From positions 6,830 to 70,829 of IMG/VR virus record IMGVR_UViG_3300005525_000034: a DNA stretch of 64,000 bases. The stretch is one strand, 5' to 3'. Shown piece by piece: positions 10,363-20,718 of the stretch (positions within the stretch are counted from its first letter, which is position 1; each line of letters begins with the position of its first letter). The notes beneath the pieces were generated by a model. The model had not been told where the DNA came from and did no database searches. It saw nothing but the letters and a program-made list of their open reading frames with translations. This stretch comes from a virus. The position numbers and the translations under genes are program-made.

Positions 10363-13300
10363 TCACGCTTTGATGGTGACGATCATTCCATGCGCCGGGT
10401 GCTCGTTGACCACGGATTGGGCATTCAGGACTTTGTGCAAGTAGAAGATTTCGTGGAGACCTTCAGACAGGGCCCTGGCCCATTGAGAGCCGGCGGTGCT
10501 GTTGTTGTATGACTGCTCTCCGTAGAAAGCATCGTCTGGCTGCGTGGTGGTGGAGTCGATCCCAGGTGCAACGTAAGTGATGGAGCCATTGCCTACCGTC
10601 TGCGCACCAACCCAGTTGTTGTAGATGTCGAGAAAGGCTGTCACCAGTGTCTCTCTACCCTGCACAAAGCTGATGCGAGGATTCGTGGCATAAACAGACG
10701 TTGGCGGTGGCGACAGCGTTGAGTACACATGAGTCCAGGATGTGCCAAAGAAATACACAGCACGAGCGTCGTACTGGTTGTAGTAGTTGGAGAGATAGAG
10801 TCGGGGGTAGTTTGCGCTTTCGGCCCCGGTGATGGTGCCCCCGAGGTCGATGGTGCTGGTCCCTGCAGTCGTCGTTCGCACGACACCAATCAGGCGTCTG
10901 GAGGGGTTTCCGTTACGGACCACAACTCCATTCTGGTTTCCACGTGTTGGTGGGGTCAGGTTGCCCGGCCAGGCCAGGTACTCCACAGCCAGGGTGGGAT
11001 TCAGTGATGTGCCGGAGTTGTAGAGGTAGATGTCGTAGTTAGTGTTTGCAGCCGAAGCCCCAGCCAGGCTAAACGTTTGAACACCAGTGAAACGGACAAC
11101 TTGCCACCGAAGTGAAGTTGTGGAGTACAAGGCAATTTCATTGCCGTTGTACGGATGCACATAGATGTTCGTCGCGTTCAGCTGATCACCCTTGGGTACA
11201 GCGCTGCTGGCGGACAGGCTGAGGCGCAGGTTGACCACGCTCTTGACGGCATCTCCCAGAGCTTGAATCAGCGTCGCGGGCGTCACCGCCAAGTCGTCCC
11301 GGAGGAACTCCTGAACCTCCAGGCCGGTGGCCAGCTCGATGATCCCCCGTTGGGACGTCGTGGCGTTCGGCAAGGCCGGCAGCGTCCCGCCAAATCCGCC
11401 TTCCCAGCTGGGTGCCCCGCGCACGACGCCGCCGAGATTGAGCTCGGTGTTGACCGTGAGCTTGTTGGCGATCAGCTCATCGAAGCTGGTCGGGAAGGCA
11501 ACCTCGTCAATCGGAATCTCCGCCTCACCGAGGGCCTCGAAGCTGATCTCGGTCCCGGTCGCCAGGTTCTGCAGTCCCTGGGGGGTGACCAGAAAGCCTT
11601 CCTCGTTGAAGCCGCTGCCGTAGACCCGCCCGCCGTTCTGGTTGGTGAAGAAGTAGGTGAACTTGTTGATCGGCCCCAGGTCCAGCTGGTACTCGGGCAG
11701 GCTCTTGGTGTAGTTGAGGAAACCGCTCCATTCCCAGGCGTGGCCAAACAGGCGGATGTTCGAGGGCCGGCGGAATTGGATCGCCCAGTTGTTCCAGCCG
11801 GTGGCGGCACCGCTGGGGGCGGCCAGGCCATCGAGGGCGCTCTGGGGATTGCGCTCGCGGGTGGTGGGGGTCTTCGGCAGCAGGATCGTGTGGGCGTTGC
11901 TGGCGCTGAAGCCGAGACTCACCAGCAGGGAGTGAACGCCGAGGTAGTCGACGGCTGAGCGGAACTGCTTCTGCACCGCAGCATCCGTCGACCAGACGGT
12001 GGTCAGGTTGTAGCCGCAGGTGAGCGTGTTGTCGTTGGGGTCGCTGTCGTTGTCGAAGATCACCGCCGGCTGAGTGTTCTTCCAGTAGTCCTCCGGCCGG
12101 TAGGCCTCCTCCATGTGGACGTAGGCCTGCTCCCACTTGTTCGGATCCCAGCTGGTGTCGCTGTTCTGGGTCTTGCAGCTCCAGCTCTTGGAGAGGTAGC
12201 GGACCGTGTCGCCAGGCCGGTAGAGGGTGCCGCTCGTCCAGGTGTTGGCGGCATTCATCCGCCGCAGCTCGACCGACGCGGAGCGCTGCACCCCGGCGCC
12301 TTCTGGCGCGACATTGGAAGCCGCGGCCACCACCAGCAGCTGACTGTCGGGGATGGCGCCGACGATCCCACCGGTCCCCACGGTGGTCTGCAGCACGTAG
12401 TCGCGCACGGGGGTGCGAGAGCTGGCGGCGGAGCTGTTGCAGCGCAGGGAGTAGCGGCGTTCGTCGACAGTGCGAACATCTTGCAGGCGGCGCACGTAGA
12501 GGCGGGCGCCAGCGAGAGAAGGCCAGGTCTGACCGGTGTCGAAGCCCTGGCTGTTGATAATTGCCTGACCGGGCGCATTGCCGTCCTCGTTCTGGAGGGC
12601 AGCGGTGACGACGATCTGATCTGCGGTGGCGCCGCTCCAGGGGGTGGCCGCCAGCTGGGCGCGGTAGTCAACGCCACGCGGGTTCTCGACCCAGATGTAG
12701 GAGCCGGCCACGAGGCTGTAGCCATCACGATCGAGGATCCTGGGCTGGGCTGGGTTGTTGAGACCAGACTCGAGCGCCGCGGTGAGGGTGATGGAGGTGG
12801 CGTTGTTGGCGGTCGACTCAGCGACTTGCCCCAGGTAGATCTTGCGGACGTTGTTGCGCTTCTCTGCCAGGTTGGTGGCGACACGGATACTGCCGACGTT
12901 CCAGTTGCTGTCAGCGGCGAAGGCGACGCTCTTATAGCCCTGGGCCAGGGCAGCGCATCCGCCGAAGTTGCTGTTGGAGTTGGTGATCGTCAGCTCGCCG
13001 CCGCTCTGAACCCAGTGGTGGATGCCCTGGCCGATCGCGAAGACACTGACTTCCTGCATGATCGCGTCGTTGATGGCGCGAATGTGGAAGGAACGGCGTG
13101 CCGGGTGCATCCGCACGTCGTTCGGGTCGCTGTTGATGTAGTCGGCGTAGTTGGCGAAATAGTTGCCCCAGGCAGGGCTCTGGTTGCTGAGATACTTCTG
13201 CCAGCAGCTGAGATCGCGCTGCAGGCTGACGCCAGTGAACTGGGCGAGCACCATCGACCTGAAGCCCGTGGGCTTGAGGCCATCCGCGAAGATGCCGCAC

Positions 13301-14265
13301 AGCCCGTAGTTGCTGCGGATCGAGCAGTTGAAGACGTAGGGCGAGGCCGACAGGGTGGTGTCGGTGTTGACGTCCTGGTTGCCGGAGGCCGGCCGCGGCC
13401 CGACGATCTGGTATTCGCTGTTGCGGGTGACGGCGAGAGCCGGGTCGATGCCGCCCGTGTTGTTGGCGCCGGCGAAGGCGGAGCGGATCTTGCTGTAGAA
13501 CTCGTCCAGCTCGGCCTGACTGGCGAACTCGAAGCAGTGCAGCAGGTGGTGGGAGCTGGTGCTGCCCACCTTGTCCATGAACGTCAGCCCCCAGTAGTAA
13601 CCGGTGCCGGTGACCTTGAAGATGCTGCGGCGGTTGCTGGCGTCCGCTGCTTCATCGGCGGGGGTGGGCACAGCGACTGGCCGCAGGATGGTCTTGCGCA
13701 GATCACTGGAGACCGCGACGACGCTGCAGCCGCGGGGCAGCAGGATGCCACCAGTGGCCGCGGGGTTGAAGGCCTGCAGCTCGGCATCGGTCGGGTCCTT
13801 TCCGCCCTCCCATTCGACGACCATGGCGGCGCCGGCACCGTTGAGCACGTTCGTCGCGCCGGGGGCCAGCACGATCGACACCAGATCGTTGTTGCCGAGA
13901 GGGGCTTCGTAGTAGGACTTGGCGGTGATGATGCCTGCTTCAATGATCGCTCGGTTGAGCGTCTTGAATGGCCGGGTGGGCTGGTAGCCGCATTCGAGGC
14001 GCTGCAGATCAATGCGCTGGGTGGCTGAACCGCTGGTGGAGTAGCTGCCGCTTACAAACCGGTCGCTGCCGATGTAGGGATTGACGTAGAGGACGTAGGG
14101 GGCATTGAGGGGATCATTGACGACATCGCCGGGCCCGATCTCCGGGGCGCCGCCGAGCTGACGCACCGCATCGATCAGAGCAGCGAGCTGCTGACGAAAG
14201 GTGCCCTGAGAGACACCGATGTTGTTGAGCGCACCAGGCAGGCCCGCGCGGGTCAGCTTCGTCAC
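10363..14265 (-). CDS. Large tail spike/fibre protein
   Basis: 1300 aa; LYVNPYIGSD...RPFKTLNRA beta-helix start; ATTSQRGIIELAT...AVTP fibre motif. Confidence 0.7.
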   Translation of the reverse strand: MTKLTRAGLPGALNNIGVSQGTFRQQLAALIDAVRQLGGAPEIGPGDVVNDPLNAPYVLYVNPYIGSDRFVSGSYSTSGSATQRIDLQRLECGYQPTRPFKTLNRAIIEAGIITAKSYYEAPLGNNDLVSIVLAPGATNVLNGAGAAMVVEWEGGKDPTDAELQAFNPAATGGILLPRGCSVVAVSSDLRKTILRPVAVPTPADEAADASNRRSIFKVTGTGYYWGLTFMDKVGSTSSHHLLHCFEFASQAELDEFYSKIRSAFAGANNTGGIDPALAVTRNSEYQIVGPRPASGNQDVNTDTTLSASPYVFNCSIRSNYGLCGIFADGLKPTGFRSMVLAQFTGVSLQRDLSCWQKYLSNQSPAWGNYFANYADYINSDPNDVRMHPARRSFHIRAINDAIMQEVSVFAIGQGIHHWVQSGGELTITNSNSNFGGCAALAQGYKSVAFAADSNWNVGSIRVATNLAEKRNNVRKIYLGQVAESTANNATSITLTAALESGLNNPAQPRILDRDGYSLVAGSYIWVENPRGVDYRAQLAATPWSGATADQIVVTAALQNEDGNAPGQAIINSQGFDTGQTWPSLAGARLYVRRLQDVRTVDERRYSLRCNSSAASSRTPVRDYVLQTTVGTGGIVGAIPDSQLLVVAAASNVAPEGAGVQRSASVELRRMNAANTWTSGTLYRPGDTVRYLSKSWSCKTQNSDTSWDPNKWEQAYVHMEEAYRPEDYWKNTQPAVIFDNDSDPNDNTLTCGYNLTTVWSTDAAVQKQFRSAVDYLGVHSLLVSLGFSASNAHTILLPKTPTTRERNPQSALDGLAAPSGAATGWNNWAIQFRRPSNIRLFGHAWEWSGFLNYTKSLPEYQLDLGPINKFTYFFTNQNGGRVYGSGFNEEGFLVTPQGLQNLATGTEISFEALGEAEIPIDEVAFPTSFDELIANKLTVNTELNLGGVVRGAPSWEGGFGGTLPALPNATTSQRGIIELATGLEVQEFLRDDLAVTPATLIQALGDAVKSVVNLRLSLSASSAVPKGDQLNATNIYVHPYNGNEIALYSTTSLRWQVVRFTGVQTFSLAGASAANTNYDIYLYNSGTSLNPTLAVEYLAWPGNLTPPTRGNQNGVVVRNGNPSRRLIGVVRTTTAGTSTIDLGGTITGAESANYPRLYLSNYYNQYDARAVYFFGTSWTHVYSTLSPPPTSVYATNPRISFVQGRETLVTAFLDIYNNWVGAQTVGNGSITYVAPGIDSTTTQPDDAFYGEQSYNNSTAGSQWARALSEGLHEIFYLHKVLNAQSVVNEHPAHGMIVTIKA

Positions 14266-14310
14266 AGCTCAAGGCATCACTGCATCAGTCTAGGAATGCC
14301 GCTCAGAGGC

Positions 14311-15432
14311 CTAGTTCCCGCCGACTCTGAGATCGATCTTGCCGACGGTGACGAAATTGGCAGATCCCGCGATGTACTCAGTGGCCCTGGTGTTGATTGC
14401 CATGGAGGTGATCATCATGCGGGTGTCGTAGAAGAGGTCACCGGGCAGCAGCTCGCCTGCATCGACCTGATCGTCGATCATCCAGAACTGCGCGTCGGCG
14501 GTGCAGCCGCGCTCGGCCATCAGCAGCAGCTGCATCAGCTGGGTGGAGTCAGCCCGCGGGGCGCCGCTCTGATCAAGGCCGACCCGGCGGGTGACAATGA
14601 AGTCGAGGGAGCCGCCGCCGGTGATCAGGGCCTTGATCGATTCCCCGTAGCGTTCGCCCAGGGCTGTCGTGTCCACTTCCTGGGAGGTGAGACTGAGGCT
14701 CCACTCGGCCAGGTCGCCTTGCACGGTCCAGAAGCTGCGATCGGGCGGGCGGTTGACGTCTGATCGGGGGCTGACGTCGGCGTTCTCGTAGTCGCCGGTG
14801 CCGGCCGCCGGCGCCTGGTAGCTCGGGGCGGAGGCGCAGATCGAAGTGAGGGTTGCCTCGTCCAGCACGTCGCTGTTCTGGTAGTCGGTGCCGTCGAGCT
14901 CCTCGTTGCAGAGCAGCAGGGCGTTCTGGTAGTCGGCGCTGCCCCATGGGGCAAGGATGAGGCTGCCGAAGTCCACACGGGCCAGGGCTACCCGCTGGCT
15001 GCGGTCCCCCCGCAGGGCGGCCTCCTGGTCGGCGTAGAAGCTGACGCGATCCATGCGGTCGCGGTAGATGAAGAAGCTGGCGGAGTCCAGCAGGCCCACG
15101 TCTTGCTCCCGCAGGTAGAAGGCCACGTTCCCGTCAGGCTCATCGGCGTAGAAAGGATCCTCGTCAGCGGTGATGTGGTCCCGGTTGGAGCCAACAAGCC
15201 AGTCGCTGCCGACGTAGACCCCATGGCCATCCGGGCATGGGACGGCGCCGCCCTGCGTGACGATCGGCAAGCCGGTGCTGCTGATCAGGTTGACCTCGTC
15301 ACCGGACCAGAAGGCCTCGCTACGGACCACAAGGCCATTGCTGTAGGCGTGGACCGCAGAGGGCTGCAGCACGACCGGATCGGGCGCCTCGCGGCGCAGC
15401 CACAGCCGACCGCGGTGCCCGAGAACCGCCAT
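14311..15432 (-). CDS. Tail protein with C-terminal tail-tube-like domain
   Basis: EWSLSLTSQEVDTTALGE...GGGSLDF resembles neighbouring 15432-15827 protein. Confidence 0.55.
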   Translation of the reverse strand: MAVLGHRGRLWLRREAPDPVVLQPSAVHAYSNGLVVRSEAFWSGDEVNLISSTGLPIVTQGGAVPCPDGHGVYVGSDWLVGSNRDHITADEDPFYADEPDGNVAFYLREQDVGLLDSASFFIYRDRMDRVSFYADQEAALRGDRSQRVALARVDFGSLILAPWGSADYQNALLLCNEELDGTDYQNSDVLDEATLTSICASAPSYQAPAAGTGDYENADVSPRSDVNRPPDRSFWTVQGDLAEWSLSLTSQEVDTTALGERYGESIKALITGGGSLDFIVTRRVGLDQSGAPRADSTQLMQLLLMAERGCTADAQFWMIDDQVDAGELLPGDLFYDTRMMITSMAINTRATEYIAGSANFVTVGKIDLRVGGN

Positions 15433-15827
15433 CAGTAACCTCCGCCGATCGCACCGGTGATCTGGAAGTTGAGGCTGCAGGCGGTGAGATCACCGACCCG
15501 CACCGGTGTCGACACCTGAGTGGTGAGGGCCCGGAAGGCCAGGGCCTTGTTGGTGCTGGTGTCCAGGACAGCGGCGAACTCCTCTCCGCCGCGGCCATTG
15601 CGGAAGATGGAGCCCACCAGGTCGACGGTGCCGGGGTCCTCTTCGTCGTAGAAGACGGTGGCGCTGCCGGTGGAGCCCCGCATGCCTTCCACGTACTCCC
15701 GGTCATAGGAGCCGAGGGTGGAGGAATCGAGGGCATCGCGACTGGTCTCGATGCTGAACTCGCGGCACTTTGCGACACGCACCCCGCGGTAGCGCAGCTC
15801 GCCATTACTGCCGGTGATGAGCGACAT
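15432..15827 (-). CDS. Small tail-tube-like protein
   Basis: EFSIETSRDALDSSTLG...EYVEGMRGSTGSATVFY; tail module context. Confidence 0.55.
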   Translation of the reverse strand: MSLITGSNGELRYRGVRVAKCREFSIETSRDALDSSTLGSYDREYVEGMRGSTGSATVFYDEEDPGTVDLVGSIFRNGRGGEEFAAVLDTSTNKALAFRALTTQVSTPVRVGDLTACSLNFQITGAIGGGY

Positions 15828-15847
15828 TGCCCATTGGTCTGAAGTGC

Positions 15848-16255
15848 CTACTGCACTCTAAGTTCGGCCACCAGCGTGACTTTCGCTGAGCAGATGCCCG
15901 GAACGACGCTTTCGATGTCGGGGGTCTGGCCTTTCTTGAAGAACCAGCGGAGGCCATCGGCAGCCAGCTGTTCCTGCAGCCAGGCAGCCATTGGCCCGCT
16001 GTAGCCGGCAAAGATCGAGGGAGGCAGCTTGAGCTCATGGGTGGCCCCCTTGGCCTGCCGATGGGCGGCGAGGATCTGCTGGCCGATCTCGTCGCGGATG
16101 TTGTTGAAGCCGAGGGCCAGCTGGCCGTCGCCGGCCTTGCTGCCCCAGAGGCGGACGCTCACGGTGCCGCTCTGGCTGCGTTTCTCGCTGGTCGGCCAGT
16201 CGGGCGCGATAAAGCGGCGCGTGCTGGGCTCGATGTCGGGGAAGGGCACGGCCAT
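15848..16255 (-). CDS. Minor tail (distal tail-like) protein
   Basis: Context next to tip protein; 135 aa. Confidence 0.5.
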   Translation of the reverse strand: MAVPFPDIEPSTRRFIAPDWPTSEKRSQSGTVSVRLWGSKAGDGQLALGFNNIRDEIGQQILAAHRQAKGATHELKLPPSIFAGYSGPMAAWLQEQLAADGLRWFFKKGQTPDIESVVPGICSAKVTLVAELRVQ

Positions 16256-19200
16256 CAGTCGAGGATGATCCAGTTGGTTTCATCATCGAAGCCGGCGGCC
16301 AGCAGCAGGATGCCGTCGTCGTTGGTGGGCATGTGAACGGCCTCGATGCTGTAGCCGCCGTCCTCCGGTGGGGTGATGCGCTCGATCTGGTAGGTGAAGG
16401 CCTGGGTGGCGCTGTTCACCAGGGTGAAAATCACGCCGGCGGGGGTAGCCCGGCTGCCGCCGGCGTTGACCGAGAGGGTGGTGATCGCCGGCTCGCTGTT
16501 GCTGCTGCCGTCCCAGGCCAGGACCGAATAGGCCCCATCCTCGAGGGGCTGGGTCGAAACCAGGGAGCCATCGCCCAGCACGGCCCCGTTGCGGAGCTCC
16601 TGGGTGTGGGTGACGTCCATCACCACCCGGATGAAGTCGCCAGGCGCCAGGGGCGCCACCAGGGCCTCATGGGTGGTGGAGAACCGGACGGCGTGATCAG
16701 GGATGCGGCGCATCCGGGCCACGAACTTGCCGGCATCGATCGCGTGCCGCCGGCTGGTGCAGTAGTCCGACAGGTCCAGTGACTCGATCGGGTCGGTCTC
16801 GCTGGCGAAGGGTGAGGCCTCGCGCACCAGCACCTCCCGCTCGACCGGAAACAGGCCGGGGTTATCGAAGCTGGTGGAGAGGCGCTCCTCCCGGTAGCGG
16901 ACGGAGACCTGAATCGGCCGGCGGTCCTCCGGCTCGAAGAACTGAAGCGAGAACGTGCCCTCCTGGATGAAGCCCGCGGTGAAGATCCCTCGGATCTCCA
17001 CCGGCTCAGGCCGGGCGACGGTGCCGGGCCAGGCCGGCCGCAGCCAGAACCGCCCGCCGCTCTCGCCGAACAGGAGCAGGTGGGCGGCACCGACATCAGC
17101 GCCCCACTGGCGGATGTTCACCCTGCCGACGGCGCCACCATCGAAGAACAGACGCCGCTCGTAGCACCAGGTCGCCGCGGCCTCGAAGCTCTCCACGTCA
17201 ATCTGCTCGAGGGTGATCAGGTCGCCGCGGCCGTAGTCCGGATTGGTCATTGCATCCAGCAGCACCTCCGGGAACAGGTGGGTGGCCTGCAGGCCCTGGG
17301 TGACGTAGACGGAGAGCTGGCCGAACTGCTGGAACTCTGGGCCGCTGCGGACGTTGAAGCCAAGCACTGCCAGGCGGTCGTAGAGGGGTGCGACGGGGTT
17401 GGGGATGATCTCGTTGATGTTGACGACCTCATGCTCCGGGCCGCCCTCGGCACTGGTGCGCACCTCCTCGTAGATGAACGCCTCGGCCAGCTTTCCCCAG
17501 CGATCGAGGTAGCTGTTGCCGTTGGCATAGCCGATGCCGATCTCGCCGCGGCCGCCGCGCTGGACGCTGGTGAGCTGGAAACGGCTGTCGCCCTCGCTGG
17601 TGCGGTTGGCCGCCGGGATGAACGGACCGGAGACCGAGACGGCGCCACGAAACTGCAGGGTCACCGCGCCGGCGGTCACGCTGCGCTCAGATGTGAGGCT
17701 GGAATCGATCAGCTCCAGATCACCGGTGGCGGTTCCGGAGCGGATCTCCCAACCGGAGAGGGGCTCGATCTGGAACTCCCACCGCTTGACGTCGGGCATG
17801 ACCAGACGGAGGTCGTTGAAGACGTTCTGCTGGGTGATCCCACGCACGCCCAGGCAGGGTTCCAGGTCGATAAAGGGGCCCTGGGTGCCGGCCTCGCGGT
17901 AGCGCAGGCGGAAGAAGCTGTAGCGCTCCTCCGAGCTGTTCATCTGGCCGCTGTTGAAGAGGTCGACCGTGAGGTAGTCGCCGGGGGCGATCTTGTTGTC
18001 CTCCTTGTCGTAGCAGGCCCTGTCGTCGATCTCGTTGTAGGTGAGGGTGTCGCGGAAGTTGCAGAGGCCAGCGATCCGGATCCCGAGGCTGCTGCGGATG
18101 CAGATCTCGACGATGCGGCACTCGCGCAGGGTGGCGAAAGTGGCGATCGCGACGCGGAACAGGTGGGGGAAGTCGGTCGCGACCTTGAATGCCGGGTCGT
18201 CATCGGCATCGCGCTGAAGGTCCGCCAGTGGGATCGTCTGGGCGGTGCCGGGCCGGATCACGGTCAGGGTGACGTCGATGGCATTGCCCTGGCTGGGGAT
18301 GACAGGCTCGAAGTCGGCGTCCGAGTTGAAGCCGATGGTTGAAGGGCTGCGGGCGGTGACGATCGCCAGGGCACTGCCCATCTTGATCAGCTCACCCACC
18401 TGCAGGGCGTCATCCCAGGTCTTCTGCCGGCCAGCCACTGCCGCGGCCACATCACCAGAGCGCTCCTGGTGGACGTCCAGGCGATCGTTGACCGAGACGG
18501 TGATGATGGCGCTGGCGTTGGTGTAGGTGAAGGAGACCACCGGCGGCGAGCCGGCAGTGGTGACCTTGCTGACGCTGACGAGGTGCTCGGTGAAGATCTG
18601 TTTGCTGCCCCGCTCGAAGAAGATCGAGTAGTCGATCACGTAGGTGCCGTCGTCCTCGAGCGCGAGGGCGAGCTCGATCGCCGTGGTGTTGAGGGTCGCC
18701 AGAGACGACAGCTGGTTGCTGGTGGCCAGCACAGGCCCCATCGACAGCCAGCCCTTGACGGTCGCGTCGGTGATGTCTGGGAAGGGGTTGGTGGCGACCT
18801 CGATGCGGGTGTCCCATGCGCTGACGTCCGGACCGGCCGAAAACGTGGTCTCCGCGTCGGTGGTGTTGCTGAGGTGGTAGGTCCAGGTGTCGCCGTTCTG
18901 CAGGATCAGGCCGCTGCGACCGGAGAAGCGGGCCTGGAACTTCTTGCGCTGCGCCAGGCTCACGTAGTCAGGCTCGCAGACGACACGGCCTTCGGCCTTG
19001 GTGTTCTTCTTGCTGCCGTTCACGTCGACGGTGATCTGGGCGTTGACCCCGGGCCGGAGGGTGGGGTTGACGCGCAGGCCGAAGCCGTTGCCGATGAGGG
19101 TGTAGACCCCGAACTGGGTCTGACTGGTGGGCCGGTGGGCGTGGCAGAAGTCCGGGGCGAGATCGCCGGCGGCATTCGGCACCACGTAGGCGTCATCGGC

Positions 19201-19866
19201 CTGGAGGCTGCCCGGGTCGTTGCCGGTGCCGATCAGCCGATCAGCGCTGGTGATCCGGCCGCCATTGGGCCGGTAGTAGACCGTGAAGCGGGCGTTATCG
19301 GTGTTGCCCAGCAGGTAGCTGCCGAGGGTGTTGTTGCCGATCGCGATGTTGGCCGGATCGATCTGGAGGTTCGGATCGCCCTCGCCGATCAGGAACATGG
19401 CGCGCAGCAGCTGCGACTTGTCGAGGGCCTGGATCTGGCTCCAGATCAGCGGCACGTTCACCCGCACGCCTCCGTAGAACTGCCCATCGATCAGTTCCCG
19501 CTTGGCGTAGACCAGGGGGATGAAGTCGCCGATGCGGGCCACTTCCTGCAGCGAGTCGAAGCCATTCCGCGGCACGAAACGGCGCACATCGCTGACGGTC
19601 TGGCCCTGGGTCTGGTTCTGCTGCAGCCGCGGAGGCTGCTGCTGCTTGGGCTTGAAGAAGCTGGCGACGATCGTCAGGCCGACGCTGATCAAGGTGGCGA
19701 CCAGCGAGATGGTGGCGAGGGTGGCCGGCTCATTCACCACCGCCGGGCGGGGCTGCGCCGCGGCCCGCCGTCGCACCTCCGCCTGGTAAAGGCGGAACTG
19801 ATCCTCTGTCAGGCCGAGCAGATCGGCGATGTAGCGATCTGACGGCAGCAGGGGCAGTTCAGGCAT
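16255..19866 (-). CDS. Tail tip / host specificity protein (lambda J-like)
   Basis: 1203 aa; follows L-like and NlpC-like genes; IPLVY, LLDAMTNPDYGRG, LFFDG motifs. Confidence 0.7.
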   Translation of the reverse strand: MPELPLLPSDRYIADLLGLTEDQFRLYQAEVRRRAAAQPRPAVVNEPATLATISLVATLISVGLTIVASFFKPKQQQPPRLQQNQTQGQTVSDVRRFVPRNGFDSLQEVARIGDFIPLVYAKRELIDGQFYGGVRVNVPLIWSQIQALDKSQLLRAMFLIGEGDPNLQIDPANIAIGNNTLGSYLLGNTDNARFTVYYRPNGGRITSADRLIGTGNDPGSLQADDAYVVPNAAGDLAPDFCHAHRPTSQTQFGVYTLIGNGFGLRVNPTLRPGVNAQITVDVNGSKKNTKAEGRVVCEPDYVSLAQRKKFQARFSGRSGLILQNGDTWTYHLSNTTDAETTFSAGPDVSAWDTRIEVATNPFPDITDATVKGWLSMGPVLATSNQLSSLATLNTTAIELALALEDDGTYVIDYSIFFERGSKQIFTEHLVSVSKVTTAGSPPVVSFTYTNASAIITVSVNDRLDVHQERSGDVAAAVAGRQKTWDDALQVGELIKMGSALAIVTARSPSTIGFNSDADFEPVIPSQGNAIDVTLTVIRPGTAQTIPLADLQRDADDDPAFKVATDFPHLFRVAIATFATLRECRIVEICIRSSLGIRIAGLCNFRDTLTYNEIDDRACYDKEDNKIAPGDYLTVDLFNSGQMNSSEERYSFFRLRYREAGTQGPFIDLEPCLGVRGITQQNVFNDLRLVMPDVKRWEFQIEPLSGWEIRSGTATGDLELIDSSLTSERSVTAGAVTLQFRGAVSVSGPFIPAANRTSEGDSRFQLTSVQRGGRGEIGIGYANGNSYLDRWGKLAEAFIYEEVRTSAEGGPEHEVVNINEIIPNPVAPLYDRLAVLGFNVRSGPEFQQFGQLSVYVTQGLQATHLFPEVLLDAMTNPDYGRGDLITLEQIDVESFEAAATWCYERRLFFDGGAVGRVNIRQWGADVGAAHLLLFGESGGRFWLRPAWPGTVARPEPVEIRGIFTAGFIQEGTFSLQFFEPEDRRPIQVSVRYREERLSTSFDNPGLFPVEREVLVREASPFASETDPIESLDLSDYCTSRRHAIDAGKFVARMRRIPDHAVRFSTTHEALVAPLAPGDFIRVVMDVTHTQELRNGAVLGDGSLVSTQPLEDGAYSVLAWDGSSNSEPAITTLSVNAGGSRATPAGVIFTLVNSATQAFTYQIERITPPEDGGYSIEAVHMPTNDDGILLLAAGFDDETNWIILD

Positions 19867-20245
19867 TCCGGAGGCGCCGATAGTTCAGTGGCCGCATGCT
19901 GCTCAGCGGCACCCACACGACCCCAAGCGTAGCCCTCACCGTCAGAAGCCCATTGTCGACGACAACGGCGATCGAGAAGTCTCCATCAGCCGGAAGGACC
20001 GTCATTGCGTATTGCTCTGGCCCCGATGTTTGCTCTGTGAGTGTGAACCAGTCGCGCTCGATTGCGGCCATGTCCCGCTGTGCCAGCAGCTGATACCAAC
20101 GGCGCTCCACCGGCGGCGGGTCCAGGCCGGCATCGCGCAGCACGCTGAGCACCAACCGGATGCAGTCGGTGCCGCGGCCCTGGCTGGGATCGCCCCCCAG
20201 CCGGTAGGGCATGCCGACGTAGCGCATCCAGGCTTTCGCGGTCAC
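19859..20245 (-). CDS. NlpC/P60-like tail assembly protein (lambda K-like)
   Basis: YVGMPYRLGGD...GTDCIRLV; GTG start overlapping upstream TGA. Confidence 0.7.
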   Translation of the reverse strand: MTAKAWMRYVGMPYRLGGDPSQGRGTDCIRLVLSVLRDAGLDPPPVERRWYQLLAQRDMAAIERDWFTLTEQTSGPEQYAMTVLPADGDFSIAVVVDNGLLTVRATLGVVWVPLSSMRPLNYRRLRNA

Positions 20246-20718
20246 GAGACCGACAGCGAGCCGGTGCTCGGCAGGCTGCCCACCAGATTGCTGCTGAGGG
20301 TCCGACGGGGGATCTGGGAGTCGACCGCGTCCAGGGGGGAGGTGAGGCGCAGAATCGCGGTCTCGTTGCCGACGTTGACCTCGGGCCTGCTGCAGACCCA
20401 GGTCTCTCGGGTGATCTGGTACTGCTCCTCGAAGGTCTCCGGATCCAGCAGGACCATGCAGATTTCGCATAACCACCGCTCGTTGCACGCCTCGACGAAG
20501 AGGTTGACGGCCAGAGCGTTGGCCGGGGCCACCACCGCCGAATCGCTGCGGTCGCCTCCCTTGGTGCCGGCGCCGGGGCTCACCGCGAAGGGCGCGAACA
20601 GGTAGGTGACGCCATCGCGCTGCCGCTGTTCACCGATCCAGAAGTTCTGGAAGTCTCGGCCGGCCACGTACTCACCTCCGGAGCGGAAGCGGATGAAGTT
20701 GGCGAGTGCGACCGCCAT
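20242..20718 (-). CDS. Minor tail protein (lambda L-like)
   Basis: Directly after tape measure; YLFAPF...LRLTSPLDAV..IPRR pattern. Confidence 0.6.
   Translation of the reverse strand: MAVALANFIRFRSGGEYVAGRDFQNFWIGEQRQRDGVTYLFAPFAVSPGAGTKGGDRSDSAVVAPANALAVNLFVEACNERWLCEICMVLLDPETFEEQYQITRETWVCSRPEVNVGNETAILRLTSPLDAVDSQIPRRTLSSNLVGSLPSTGSLSVS

Noticed and set aside
12115-14028. Long plus-strand ORFs (also 17080-18342, 18469-19842, 22506-24791, 34008-35690)
   Set aside because: Antisense shadows of real GC-rich minus-strand genes; no recognisable motifs
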